A program made the position numbers and the translations under genes. 64,000 nucleotides of DNA. Source: an uncultured cyanobacterium (lineage in GTDB: Bacteria; Cyanobacteriota; Cyanobacteriia; Cyanobacteriales; CAWCAG01). The stretch is from contig CAWCAG010000005.1 in assembly GCA_963793425.1 (NCBI GenBank), positions 1,280,001 to 1,344,000 on the forward strand, read 5' to 3'. The notes beneath the pieces are model-generated. The model searched no databases. It had not been told where the DNA came from and saw nothing but the letters and a program-made list of their open reading frames with translations. The stretch's first letter is position 1; every line of letters starts with the position of its first letter. Of this stretch, positions 32,692-42,449 are shown piece after piece.

Positions 32692-33542
32692 GAACAATCG
32701 GGCCTCTTGGGGGAAACCCTAAGTAGTGAATGCGGTCAAATTCAAGGAAGCCTAAGTCTGGTCAAACAGAGAGGGTAATCTTGAGCCAAGCTTATAATTT
32801 GTCGATTCGGCAAGTTATTAAGAAGGTGCAGAGACTGGTTGAATGAGAGCTAAAAATGATGGACTATAATGTCTCATCAAAAGTAGAGCAAAGAGGCATT
32901 CTGACCGGGATGTTATTAGGTGCAAGTAGGAGGAATAAACAAAATTTCTACCTCCAACACCTGAATTTGCCAGAGGAATATGTTTTGTTTAAAAAGCAAC
33001 TCCTTGAACAAATCATTCGCAAGCCAGTTAGTCTTCGGGAAGAGAAAAGTAGTAAAGGCGAACCCTTGATACGTTTAGAACCAAAGTTGATTCCTTTAAC
33101 TAGGGTTTTGGTTAAGAGGCTTTATCAAGGAACAACACCTATAATTACAAGTAAGTTCCTGCGTTTTTTAACCCCCCCAGGTATAGCAATTTGGTTTATG
33201 GATAAAGGTTCTAAATCTTTTAAGAAGAAGAACGGCAAGATCCATAGCCTAGAAGTTAACTTCAATACCAATATCTGCCAAGCAGAAAATGAATTGATAG
33301 TAGCTTATTTTGCTGAAGTTTGGGGTTTTAAGTGGGGATTAAGCAAAAGTGGAAAGGCTTACCGTTTAAGGATGGGAACGAAAGAAGGTAAAAGATTTTT
33401 TGATTTTCTTCGTCCCTATATCCATCCCGCTATGCTCTACAAAATAGAAACCTCTTGTCAACATAACGGCCGCCACCTAAAAGAGCTTTTGCTCTGATGG
33501 TGAAGGGATAGTCCAGAGAGTAAGGAAACTTACACAAATCTG
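32692..33542 (+). ncRNA. Group I intron (IC3/Azoarcus-like core with a P7.1 insertion)
   Basis: Preceded by U, ends in G; P1 CCU-GA-ACAA-UC-GGG with U.G; P AAATTCAAGGAA, Q AATCTTGAGC, R GTGCAGAGACT, S AAGGGATAGTCC; P3 GCGGTC/GGCCGC; GAAA-capped P2 and P9. Confidence 0.95.
32856..33497 (+). CDS. Intron-encoded double-motif LAGLIDADG protein (I-SceI-like), catalytic Asp residues substituted
   Basis: Motif 1 ILTGMLLGAS, motif 2 LTPPGIAIWFMDKGS, C-terminal LRPYIHPAMLYKI. Confidence 0.88.
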   Translation: MMDYNVSSKVEQRGILTGMLLGASRRNKQNFYLQHLNLPEEYVLFKKQLLEQIIRKPVSLREEKSSKGEPLIRLEPKLIPLTRVLVKRLYQGTTPIITSKFLRFLTPPGIAIWFMDKGSKSFKKKNGKIHSLEVNFNTNICQAENELIVAYFAEVWGFKWGLSKSGKAYRLRMGTKEGKRFFDFLRPYIHPAMLYKIETSCQHNGRHLKELLL

Positions 33543-33591
33543 AAGCGCTAGGTCGCCGGTTCAAATCCGGCCAGTCCCGTTTTTTCAGTGT

Positions 33592-33798
33592 ATGGCTTGC
33601 CGTTTTGTTGATGATCAATTTAGCCACTTGAGTTTAATTTGGTATAAGCAATGGTTGGTTGCCTTTTCTCTGGCAACATTAGCTTTTTTCATGGTGTCTG
33701 CATTTAGCCAACCAGCACAAGCTTTATCATTAGTTGGTAATGACAGCACCGAACAAGTAGAAGAAACTGTTGAGAATGCTAAAGATGCTATTGATTAA
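33592..33798 (+). CDS. Small exported protein or remnant; start uncertain
   Basis: Hydrophobic stretch ending PAQA followed by an acidic tail. Confidence 0.35.
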   Translation: MACRFVDDQFSHLSLIWYKQWLVAFSLATLAFFMVSAFSQPAQALSLVGNDSTEQVEETVENAKDAID

Positions 33799-33901
33799 TT
33801 AACTAGTACTTCGGTTGTATGAGTTTTTGAATTAGGTTTATTTCACTGTCGTGATTGCCTAATTCAATTTTTTTGCTGCGATCGCTTTTTTATTTCAGGC
33901 T

Positions 33902-35869
33902 TCAGTTAACTTTCAACACTCTAGTAGCATTGAGGATTGCTAAAAGCGCTACCCCTACATCAGCAAATACTGCTTCCCACAGAGTTGCTACCCCAATTGC
34001 TCCTAGCAAAATAAATAGTGCCTTAACTGCCATTGCCAGGATGATGTTTTGCCAAACAATAGAATGAGTTTTACGAGCTATACCTATTGCCTCTGCTACC
34101 TTAGAAGGAGCATCATTCATTAGCACCACATCGGCAGTTTCTATAGCTGCATCAGAACCTAACGCTCCCATTGCTATCCCGACATCTGCTCTCGCAATTA
34201 CCGGTGCATCGTTGATACCATCACCCACGAAAGCTACTTTGCTTTTTTTGTCAGACTGATGAAGATACTGCTCGATTGCTTCTACCTTGTCTTCTGGAAG
34301 CAATTGCGCTTTGTAGGTGTCTAGACCAAGCTTACTGGCAACCCTTCGAGCCACAACTTGGTTATCTCCCGTCAGCATTACAGTTTCGGTGACTCCTGCT
34401 TTTTTCAATCGGGCGATCGCATCTTGAGCATCTTCCTTAATCCTGTCGGAGATTAAGATATAGCCAGCATATTTTCTATCTATTGCTAGATGAACTACCG
34501 TACCTTCAACATTACAAGTATCATGTTCTATCTTTTCTCTGTGTAAGAGGCGATCGTTCCCTGCCAATACTGACATCCCTCTGACTTTAGCACTAATACC
34601 GTGTCCGGGAATTTCTTTATGATCAGCGACATCAGAATCGGTAATAGTAATGTCAGCCGCAGCAATTTGATTGCCGTAAGCTTCAACAATGGATCGCGCC
34701 ACAGGATGATTGGATTGAGATTCGGCGATCGCAGCAATAGTAAGTATTTCTTTTTTCCTATAGCCGTTATAAGCAGTTACTTGAGTAACTTGGAATACAC
34801 CTTCAGTTAACGTTCCAGTTTTATCAAAAATTACCGTTTTAACATTGGTCAAGGCATCGAGAAAAGTCGAACCCTTAACTAAAATACCTCTTTTGGCTGC
34901 ACCACCAACTCCACCAAAGTAACCCAAAGGAATACTAATTACTAATCCGCAGGGACAGGATATAACTAATAATACCAACCCTCGATAAAACCATTGTTCG
35001 CTAGTTGCACCAGGAATGAATAAGGGGGGTAAGATAGCAACTGCTAGAGAGAGAAAAACTACAACGGGAGTGTAGTAACGGGCAAAACGAGTAATAAATT
35101 TCTCTGTTGGAGCTTTTTTACTGCTGGCATTTTCTACCAAGTCCAAAATTTTAGCAATGGAAGATTCGGCAAATATTTTGGTGACTCGAACTTTTAAACT
35201 ACCTGTTTGGTTAATCGCACCTGCTAAGATTGTTTCTCCTTCTCTTACAGTTTGAGGTACGGATTCACCCGTAAGTGCCGAAGTATCAATCTGGGAAGTA
35301 CCTGATAGTATCTCACCATCTAAAGGAACTTTCTCCCCTGGTTTGATCACAATCCTATCTCCAACTTCTACTTTTTCAGGGTTAACTTCTCTTATCACTC
35401 CATCAATAACTAGACTTGCCTTGTCAGGACGTATTTCTAATAGTGACTTAATCGAACGACGTGAGCGCCCCACCGCAAAACCCTGAAACAGTTCTCCAAT
35501 CTGAAAAAACAGCATTACTGCTACCCCTTCGGGTAATTCATGAATTGCGATCGCCCCTAAGGTTGCAATAGTCATCAAAAAGTTCTCATTAAATATTAGA
35601 CCCCGCAAAATATTAGACCCCGCACTGGTTAATACACTCCAACCGCTTATGAAGTAGGCGGGAATTAAAACTGCGTATTCTGCGATCGCACCAGGAGTAT
35701 TATGCAAAGGCTGGTTAAAGATTAATCCAATCAGAAATAGAGCGATCGCAATACTAAGAGGTATTAGTTCTCGACTTAAATTAAACTCACCATGCTCATG
35801 GCTATGATTATGATCCTGATGATGATTTTCATCGGTAGAACAGCAACTAGTGGAATGTTTACCTGACAT
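33902..35869 (-). CDS. Zn/Cd/Pb-exporting P1B-type ATPase (ZiaA/CadA-like)
   Basis: N-terminal CC + His-rich tract, TGES, SCPC, DKTGTLT, GDGINDAP; likely start 35869. Confidence 0.95.
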   Translation of the reverse strand: MSGKHSTSCCSTDENHHQDHNHSHEHGEFNLSRELIPLSIAIALFLIGLIFNQPLHNTPGAIAEYAVLIPAYFISGWSVLTSAGSNILRGLIFNENFLMTIATLGAIAIHELPEGVAVMLFFQIGELFQGFAVGRSRRSIKSLLEIRPDKASLVIDGVIREVNPEKVEVGDRIVIKPGEKVPLDGEILSGTSQIDTSALTGESVPQTVREGETILAGAINQTGSLKVRVTKIFAESSIAKILDLVENASSKKAPTEKFITRFARYYTPVVVFLSLAVAILPPLFIPGATSEQWFYRGLVLLVISCPCGLVISIPLGYFGGVGGAAKRGILVKGSTFLDALTNVKTVIFDKTGTLTEGVFQVTQVTAYNGYRKKEILTIAAIAESQSNHPVARSIVEAYGNQIAAADITITDSDVADHKEIPGHGISAKVRGMSVLAGNDRLLHREKIEHDTCNVEGTVVHLAIDRKYAGYILISDRIKEDAQDAIARLKKAGVTETVMLTGDNQVVARRVASKLGLDTYKAQLLPEDKVEAIEQYLHQSDKKSKVAFVGDGINDAPVIARADVGIAMGALGSDAAIETADVVLMNDAPSKVAEAIGIARKTHSIVWQNIILAMAVKALFILLGAIGVATLWEAVFADVGVALLAILNATRVLKVN

Positions 35870-35904
35870 AATCCAAAACATTTAAACAATTTTTATAAAT
35901 GAAC

Positions 35905-35925
35905 AATTGAATAGTTATTCAGATA
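35905..35925. promoter_or_regulatory. SmtB/ZiaR-type operator
   Basis: TGAA-TAGTTA-TTCA inverted repeat (35908-35921) about 40 nt upstream of the ATPase start. Confidence 0.75.
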
Positions 35926-35967
35926 ATATCTCCAAAAAAGTTATTTAGCAATAGATAACAGGAAGAA

Positions 35968-36363
35968 TTAAACTTCGTCTAAGTGTTCGGCTACTTCACG
36001 ATAAAGGTTGGCAATATGCGCGTCTGCCAAGCTGTAATAAACGTTACGCCCCTCACGGCGATGTTTCACTAAGCGGAGGTTTCTGAGCAAACGTAACTGA
36101 TGTGAAACGGCTGATTCACTCATTCTAACTACGGCAGCCAAGTCACAGACACAAAGTTCGGCTTTAGCCAGGGCAGAAAGGAGTTTAAGCCGATGGGGGG
36201 CAGCCATAGCACCAAAAAACTGAGCCATCTGCTGTGCTTTCTCTGTAGTTATGATTTCCGACTGCACTTGACGTACTTGCTCTAAATGAACTAAAGGTGA
36301 ATCACAAGTAAGTATGTCCGATGCTAGAGAGCCTTGTTTTTTTGATTTGTTAACTTTGCTCAT
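35968..36363 (-). CDS. ArsR/SmtB family metal-sensing repressor (ZiaR-like)
   Basis: ELCVCDLA, SESAVSHQLRLLR, alpha5 site DAH...EHLDE. Confidence 0.93.
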   Translation of the reverse strand: MSKVNKSKKQGSLASDILTCDSPLVHLEQVRQVQSEIITTEKAQQMAQFFGAMAAPHRLKLLSALAKAELCVCDLAAVVRMSESAVSHQLRLLRNLRLVKHRREGRNVYYSLADAHIANLYREVAEHLDEV

Positions 36364-36455
36364 TTTTCACATTCCAACCCCTACAAGTATAGTTACTTCA
36401 GATAACAGTAGGGTCATTTTTTAGTTGACTTCTTTGATAGTGATACTCATTATAT

Positions 36456-36476
36456 ATCTGCATCTCTTTTCAAATG
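36456..36476. promoter_or_regulatory. Possible second, autoregulatory SmtB/ZiaR operator
   Basis: ATC-TGCA-TCTCTT-TTCA-AAT upstream of the repressor. Confidence 0.45.
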
Positions 36477-36672
36477 AACAAATATGGCCGTAGGATTACT
36501 CAGAGAAACTATCAGACAAAAATCAACTCCAAACTTTTTTATAACGAGTAAATATTGTGATGTATTTACTCAGCTAAGCAACAAAACAATAAATGTAACA
36601 AATTGACATATAGAATTAAGTAACAAAAAGAAACTCAATCAAACTTAGCTTGGTATGATAGCTGAAAAATAA

Positions 36673-37665
<993 letters not shown>

Positions 37666-37703
37666 ATAAGGAATAAGGAGATAAGGAGATAAGGAATAAG
37701 TAG

Positions 37704-37766
37704 ATAAGTAATAAGTAATAAGTAATAAGTAATAAGTAATAAGTAATAAGTAATAAGTAATAAGTA
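37704..37766. repeat. STRR heptamer array (ATAAGTA)9
   Basis: Nine perfect copies between convergent genes, preceded by degenerate GATAAGGA units. Confidence 0.95.
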
Positions 37767-37774
37767 AAGAGATA

Positions 37775-38080
37775 CTATTCCCTATTCCCTATTCCCTGTT
37801 CTCTATTACTAACAGCTTTGCGAAAACCAAGTACGACCAAAATGTTGGAAAGGGTTAAAAAAGCTTCTGCACTGCCATGAAGCCAGTCTATATTGGCTAA
37901 AGATTTGTGGTAGTTCACCTGAGCATAAATTCCTGCTGGAATAGTAACAGCCACAAAAACCAGCAGTACATAAAACCCAATCAAAGCCAAGCGCGGTGCT
38001 TTTCCAGAACGAGTAATAAACCACAAAAATCCTAAGTAAGGAAATAGGGAAAGAGCGAATAAAGTATCTTTAGAAATCAT
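37775..38080 (-). CDS. DUF3593 membrane protein
   Basis: LFALSLFPYLGFLWF...DWLHGSAEAFLTLSN. Confidence 0.8.
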   Translation of the reverse strand: MISKDTLFALSLFPYLGFLWFITRSGKAPRLALIGFYVLLVFVAVTIPAGIYAQVNYHKSLANIDWLHGSAEAFLTLSNILVVLGFRKAVSNREQGIGNRE

Positions 38081-38135
38081 TGAGGAAGAAGGGAGTAGGG
38101 AGCGGGGAGCAGTAACGGAGGTGGCAAGTAAAATA

Positions 38136-38435
38136 CTATTCTATTGCCTGTTCTCTATAAATCCACCAACCTGCAACGCAGAGAGTGCAATTCCCGAACA
38201 CAGTCATAGAAGCTTGGACAGTAACTAACCACTCTAAAGAAACTGGATTATCAAAGAAGTGCCAAGTACAGGCACACATGGCGCTAACCAAAGCAGGTAA
38301 CATCGCAAAAGAAAGCCCATACCAAGCTTTATTATTCGTTACCTCACCATACCGCCAAATAAACCAAATCGCCGCTATCCACTCAAAAACGCTAGAAACA
38401 TGGATAATCCAAGTGGGAATAGAAAGAGCGTGCAT
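38136..38435 (-). CDS. DUF2499 / Ycf49-like membrane protein
   Basis: MHALSIPTWIIHVSSVFEW, SAMCACTWHFFDN; start at 38435. Confidence 0.85.
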   Translation of the reverse strand: MHALSIPTWIIHVSSVFEWIAAIWFIWRYGEVTNNKAWYGLSFAMLPALVSAMCACTWHFFDNPVSLEWLVTVQASMTVFGNCTLCVAGWWIYREQAIE

Positions 38436-38546
38436 ATAAAATAACAAATAAACAATTTTGTAAGCTAACACAACAAAAGCAAAGTTATCCTAGAACTTAA
38501 TATATCCGCGATCGCCAGCTTGATCTTCGCTAAGGTAACTTGATCT

Positions 38547-39326
38547 ATGAAACCTCAAATTTTGACTGCTGCTGCACTTTTGACCACAATTAGTTTAACA
38601 ACTCCTGCTAAAGCTGAGGATCTAGCTCAAATAAGTCAGTTATTAAATACTAAGCAATGTGTTCAGTGTGATTTGAGTGGGGCGGGTTTGGTATTAGCTA
38701 GACTATCTAATGCTCAACTAACCCAAACAAATTTAACTCGCGCTAACCTCAGTAGGGCAGATTTAAGCGGCGCAGATTTAAGGGGTGCTAACTTAACGGG
38801 TACTTCCCTTAACGGCGCTAACTTAACTGGGGCCGATCTTCGGGGGGCGATTCTCAATGGTACAGACTTAAGAGATGCTTACTTGTTTGATGCCAAACTC
38901 GAAGATACGAGTTTAGCCTCAGCCTATATTCAAGGTACGATTGGTATTCCCTTAGATGCTGCTAGCGCCGAACAATTTAATGTTTGGGGGGTTATGGAAG
39001 CTAATCGGCAAAACTATGCTGCTGCCCTAGAACATTACAATAAAGCTCTGGCTTTAGATCCAGAATTAGCCGCAGCTTATTTAGGAAGTGCTTGGACTTT
39101 ATATCGCCTCCGTGACGAAGAAGAAGCTATTAAAAATGCCACCATAGCTAGTACCTTATTTGAAGAACAAGGTAATGTTAAGGGTAAAGAAACCTCTGAT
39201 CAATTCCTAGTTAGTATAGAAGAAGCCCGCCAAGCTGCCGAGAATCGTAACTCTGGAGGCTCTGGAGGTGGGGTAGGCAGATTTTTAGGAGGAGTTCTTT
39301 CTTTTCTCTTACAAGTCCTGCTTTAA
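38547..39326 (+). CDS. Exported pentapeptide-repeat protein with TPR
   Basis: Signal peptide, CVQCDL, A(D/N)LxG repeats, C-terminal TPR. Confidence 0.9.
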   Translation: MKPQILTAAALLTTISLTTPAKAEDLAQISQLLNTKQCVQCDLSGAGLVLARLSNAQLTQTNLTRANLSRADLSGADLRGANLTGTSLNGANLTGADLRGAILNGTDLRDAYLFDAKLEDTSLASAYIQGTIGIPLDAASAEQFNVWGVMEANRQNYAAALEHYNKALALDPELAAAYLGSAWTLYRLRDEEEAIKNATIASTLFEEQGNVKGKETSDQFLVSIEEARQAAENRNSGGSGGGVGRFLGGVLSFLLQVLL

Positions 39327-39347
39327 CCCTAACTAACTCCTCGCTCC

Positions 39348-39968
39348 TTAGCCTTCCTCCTTACCATAAGCTTCCCAAGCTAAATCTACGATACCATTAA
39401 CAATCGCGGCTGCTACCACAGAACTTCCCTTGCGTCCTTTAATACGAATATGAGGAGTTAAGGTATCTTTTAACTTGGATTTAGCCCGATCTACCCCCAC
39501 AAACCCAGAAGGAGTACCAATAACCAAAGCTGGGCGTATTTCTTCTGCTTCAATCAATTCTACTAGAGCCGTGAGGGAAGTTTGAGCTTGTCCAACCACA
39601 AAAATACCTTCGGGATAGCGTCTGGCTAAAGTTTGAATACCCCAAGCCGCTTGAGTCTTTTCTTTTTGCGGCCTGGTTAAGGTTTCCATGGCACAATAAA
39701 CAGGGTTGGCGAAGGTGTTTTGAATATGATAGGTAATACCAACTTGTACCATAGGTACATCTACCACAATGGTAGTACGAGCAGCCAAAGCTGCTGCCCC
39801 AGCTTGAAGCGCACGTTCCGAAAAGCGTACTAAACTTTTATACTCAAAGTCTGCTGTTTCATAAATGACGCGACGAACAATTTCATACTCCGCAGGAGAA
39901 AAAATATGTTCACCAATTTCTTGGTCAATAATAGATAGACTTTGGGCATCGGTTGTATGCCATTCCAT
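39348..39968 (-). CDS. cobH: Precorrin-8X methylmutase family protein
   Basis: IVRRVIYETADF, PALVIGTPSGFVG, GRKGSSVVAAAIVN. Confidence 0.85.
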   Translation of the reverse strand: MEWHTTDAQSLSIIDQEIGEHIFSPAEYEIVRRVIYETADFEYKSLVRFSERALQAGAAALAARTTIVVDVPMVQVGITYHIQNTFANPVYCAMETLTRPQKEKTQAAWGIQTLARRYPEGIFVVGQAQTSLTALVELIEAEEIRPALVIGTPSGFVGVDRAKSKLKDTLTPHIRIKGRKGSSVVAAAIVNGIVDLAWEAYGKEEG

Positions 39969-40061
39969 GACGCTTAGTTTCCCATCAGCTTAAAGTGTCT
40001 TTTGCTTAGAAAGCTCAAATGTATCATAGAACACCCTCAAATTATTTGCCCTCTCTGCTTT

Positions 40062-40865
40062 TTAAGTCTCAGAAGCATTGGATTGAGCGATCATAGGAGA
40101 CAAGTAAGCGACTAAAGCACCCAATACAAAACCGATGATATTTCTGAATAAGGGTAACCACTCAGGAGTTCTGGTGACAACTGGCCCCATACCAAAAGCG
40201 ATAAATAGTATTCCCCACAAAGGTGAAAATATTAAGGCCCACTGCCAAGCAAAAATTTGACCTTCTTTACGAGGTACTCCTGCAAGCCCAAAGATAAATC
40301 CCCCAACCACAGAACTAATTAAAGTCAGAATCCACTGTTCTTTCGGTAATCCTGGTACGACATTACAACCGCCGTTTTTGAGGCATTCTTCTACAGTGTA
40401 AAGGGCTTGGACAATCGAGTTATTTTCCCCTTCATCCCGTACATAATAAAGGTTGCCGTAGCGAGTTTGTAACTCTACCCAAAAAGTACGAGGAAGCAAA
40501 GGATAAATATCATCGCCAACATTAAAAGCTAAAAGGTTTCCCCCCCTAGCATCCGCAACCAGGAGAATACTGCGATCATCTAGTCCCCAAAACTTTTTAA
40601 CTGCCCTGCCAGGGGTACGATCATACTGGGTTAGTACTCTGAGTTTCCAGCCTGTATTTTCTTCAAAGCTTTCTAAATTTGTAATTAGGGATTCTTCTTG
40701 CAGAGAAGGGAGAAAGTTGGCCAAATCAATGATCGGTGTTTCAACTTCAGGTAATAAATCAGGATTATCAAAAGCCCAAGCTACAGGAGCGATCGCCCAA
40801 GTGGATAAACTCAAGATACAGGCAACTAAGGATATTAAAACTTTTTGAATAAGACGATGTTGCAT
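40062..40865 (-). CDS. TPM domain membrane protein
   Basis: GWKLRVLTQYDRTPG, FWVELQTRYGN, C-terminal TMs. Confidence 0.82.
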   Translation of the reverse strand: MQHRLIQKVLISLVACILSLSTWAIAPVAWAFDNPDLLPEVETPIIDLANFLPSLQEESLITNLESFEENTGWKLRVLTQYDRTPGRAVKKFWGLDDRSILLVADARGGNLLAFNVGDDIYPLLPRTFWVELQTRYGNLYYVRDEGENNSIVQALYTVEECLKNGGCNVVPGLPKEQWILTLISSVVGGFIFGLAGVPRKEGQIFAWQWALIFSPLWGILFIAFGMGPVVTRTPEWLPLFRNIIGFVLGALVAYLSPMIAQSNASET

Positions 40866-41066
40866 TTTGCGGTTAAAAACATCTTTAAGGTGGACAATTG
40901 AGAAGTTATGGAAACTTTTCTTTACACTTATTCACCTTATTCTAATATTAGGAATGGTTAGAAGTTAAATTTTCTTGGTAAACCTACTTGATTTTCTTCG
41001 TTGCTTGAAGTATAAAACTATTGCTGGCTCTGAACTAAAGGCTTTTTAGCCCCCTTAATAGATTAA

Positions 41067-41115
41067 ATCGCCTTAAATGAGATTTCCTCTTCAACTTGAA
41101 GCTCATTAAGGCGAT
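41067..41115 (-). terminator. Long stem-loop downstream of the C-terminal protease gene
   Basis: ATCGCCTTAAATGAG ... CTCATTAAGGCGAT inverted repeat. Confidence 0.5.
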
Positions 41116-41135
41116 CGCTTATGAAAATCAAATTA

Positions 41136-42449
41136 CTACTGAACAACGCTGATGGGTTCAGCCGGTAATTGAGTCTTGCTTAGGCGATTTAAGACACCAA
41201 TTGCCCTTACATATTGGGGATCGTCATTAGTACCTAGCAAGGAAGGATTGCCAGTTAAACGTCGCTGTTGCATCTTCGTTAAACTTTGCTGAATATCTGG
41301 AGCAATGCCTTTTTTATTAATATCTACACCGCTAGGAGGATAATATTGAGAGATAGTCACAGCTAAACCAGAACCATCAGAGAGAGAATGTACTGATTGT
41401 ACAGTTCCCTTACCATAAGTACGGTTGCCTACCACCGTAGCTCGCTTGTTATCTTTCAATGCTCCGGCTAAAATCTCGCTGGCGCTAGCAGAATTTTCAT
41501 CTACTAAAACCACTAAAGGTAGGTTGGTTAAAGCTGTATGATTAGCGGCAAATTCCCGATCTCCACCGCGACGATCTACAGTACGAACAATTTTACCTGC
41601 ATCTACCCACATCCGAGCAATATCTACACTAGCGAATAATAATCCCCCAGGATTTCCTCGTAGATCCAAAACAAAGCCGTCTACCTGTCCTTGGCTTAAA
41701 TCTTGAATCGCCACTTTCATTTGTTCGGCAGCATGGGAACTAAATTCTGTGAGGTTAATATAACCAACTCGAATACTATTTTCTTGGTTAAGGCTGTAGG
41801 AAACAGCAGGTAGTTCAATTTGAGCGCGAGCTAAAGTTAGCATAAATTCACCTTGCCCAGAGCGATTTATTTCTAAGGTGATTTCTGAGCCAATTTCACC
41901 ACGTATTAATGCTGAAGACTGTTCTAAACTGAGCAGAGAAGTGGGTTTGCCATCAATCGCTAAGATTTGATCCCCGCCTTGAATCCCTGCTTCACTAGCA
42001 GGAGAATTAGGAAGAGAATCTACTACGGTGAGAACTTGGGTTTGCTCATTAATTTCTAAATGAATACCTAAGCCAGAAAGTTCTCCGGAAGTTTGGTCTG
42101 TAAGGTTCTGGAAATCTTGGGGATTAAGAAAGCGGGTGTAGGGGTCATTAAGCTGCTTTAAAGCTTCGCGAATCGCCTCGTAGGCTTCTTCAGTAGAATC
42201 ATATTCTTTGCTCAGAAGCTCTTGCCTAACCACTTGCCAATCAAGTTGATTAAAACTTCTATCTACATACTCTCGATTAACAATCTGCCAGACTTCATCA
42301 ACTACGGTTTTAGGGCTATCATCCAATGCTGCCCTCACAGAAGGAATTAAGCCGGGAATCATCAGAGAACTAGTAACTAAAGAGGTTGCGATCGCTCCTC
42401 CAAACAAGAGACGATGAAGCACAGAGAAATTTTTGTTGGCTTGGTTCAT
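41136..42449 (-). CDS. Carboxyl-terminal processing protease (S41, CtpA/CtpB family)
   Basis: PDZ domain, DLRGNPGG, SASASEI, TYGKGTVQ; likely ATG at 42449. Confidence 0.93.
   Translation of the reverse strand: MNQANKNFSVLHRLLFGGAIATSLVTSSLMIPGLIPSVRAALDDSPKTVVDEVWQIVNREYVDRSFNQLDWQVVRQELLSKEYDSTEEAYEAIREALKQLNDPYTRFLNPQDFQNLTDQTSGELSGLGIHLEINEQTQVLTVVDSLPNSPASEAGIQGGDQILAIDGKPTSLLSLEQSSALIRGEIGSEITLEINRSGQGEFMLTLARAQIELPAVSYSLNQENSIRVGYINLTEFSSHAAEQMKVAIQDLSQGQVDGFVLDLRGNPGGLLFASVDIARMWVDAGKIVRTVDRRGGDREFAANHTALTNLPLVVLVDENSASASEILAGALKDNKRATVVGNRTYGKGTVQSVHSLSDGSGLAVTISQYYPPSGVDINKKGIAPDIQQSLTKMQQRRLTGNPSLLGTNDDPQYVRAIGVLNRLSKTQLPAEPISVVQ

Larger units (their letters stand above)
32655..33579 (+). 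tRNA. trnR-CCU: tRNA-Arg(CCU), split: exon 1 32655-32691, exon 2 33543-33579
   Basis: Joined exons give a 74-nt cloverleaf: GGGGCTG/CAGTCCC acceptor, GCTC/GAGC D stem, AGCGC-CT-CCT^AA-GCGCT anticodon arm, GCCGG-TTCAAAT-CCGGC T arm; CCA not encoded. Confidence 0.96.

Noticed and set aside
32692..33542. Intein or group II intron interpretation of the LAGLIDADG region
   Set aside because: No host protein, intein splice motifs, RT or domain V; group I P/Q/R/S elements and tRNA exons explain it fully
33430..33627. 65-aa minus-strand ORF
   Set aside because: Antisense to the intron 3' end and tRNA exon 2
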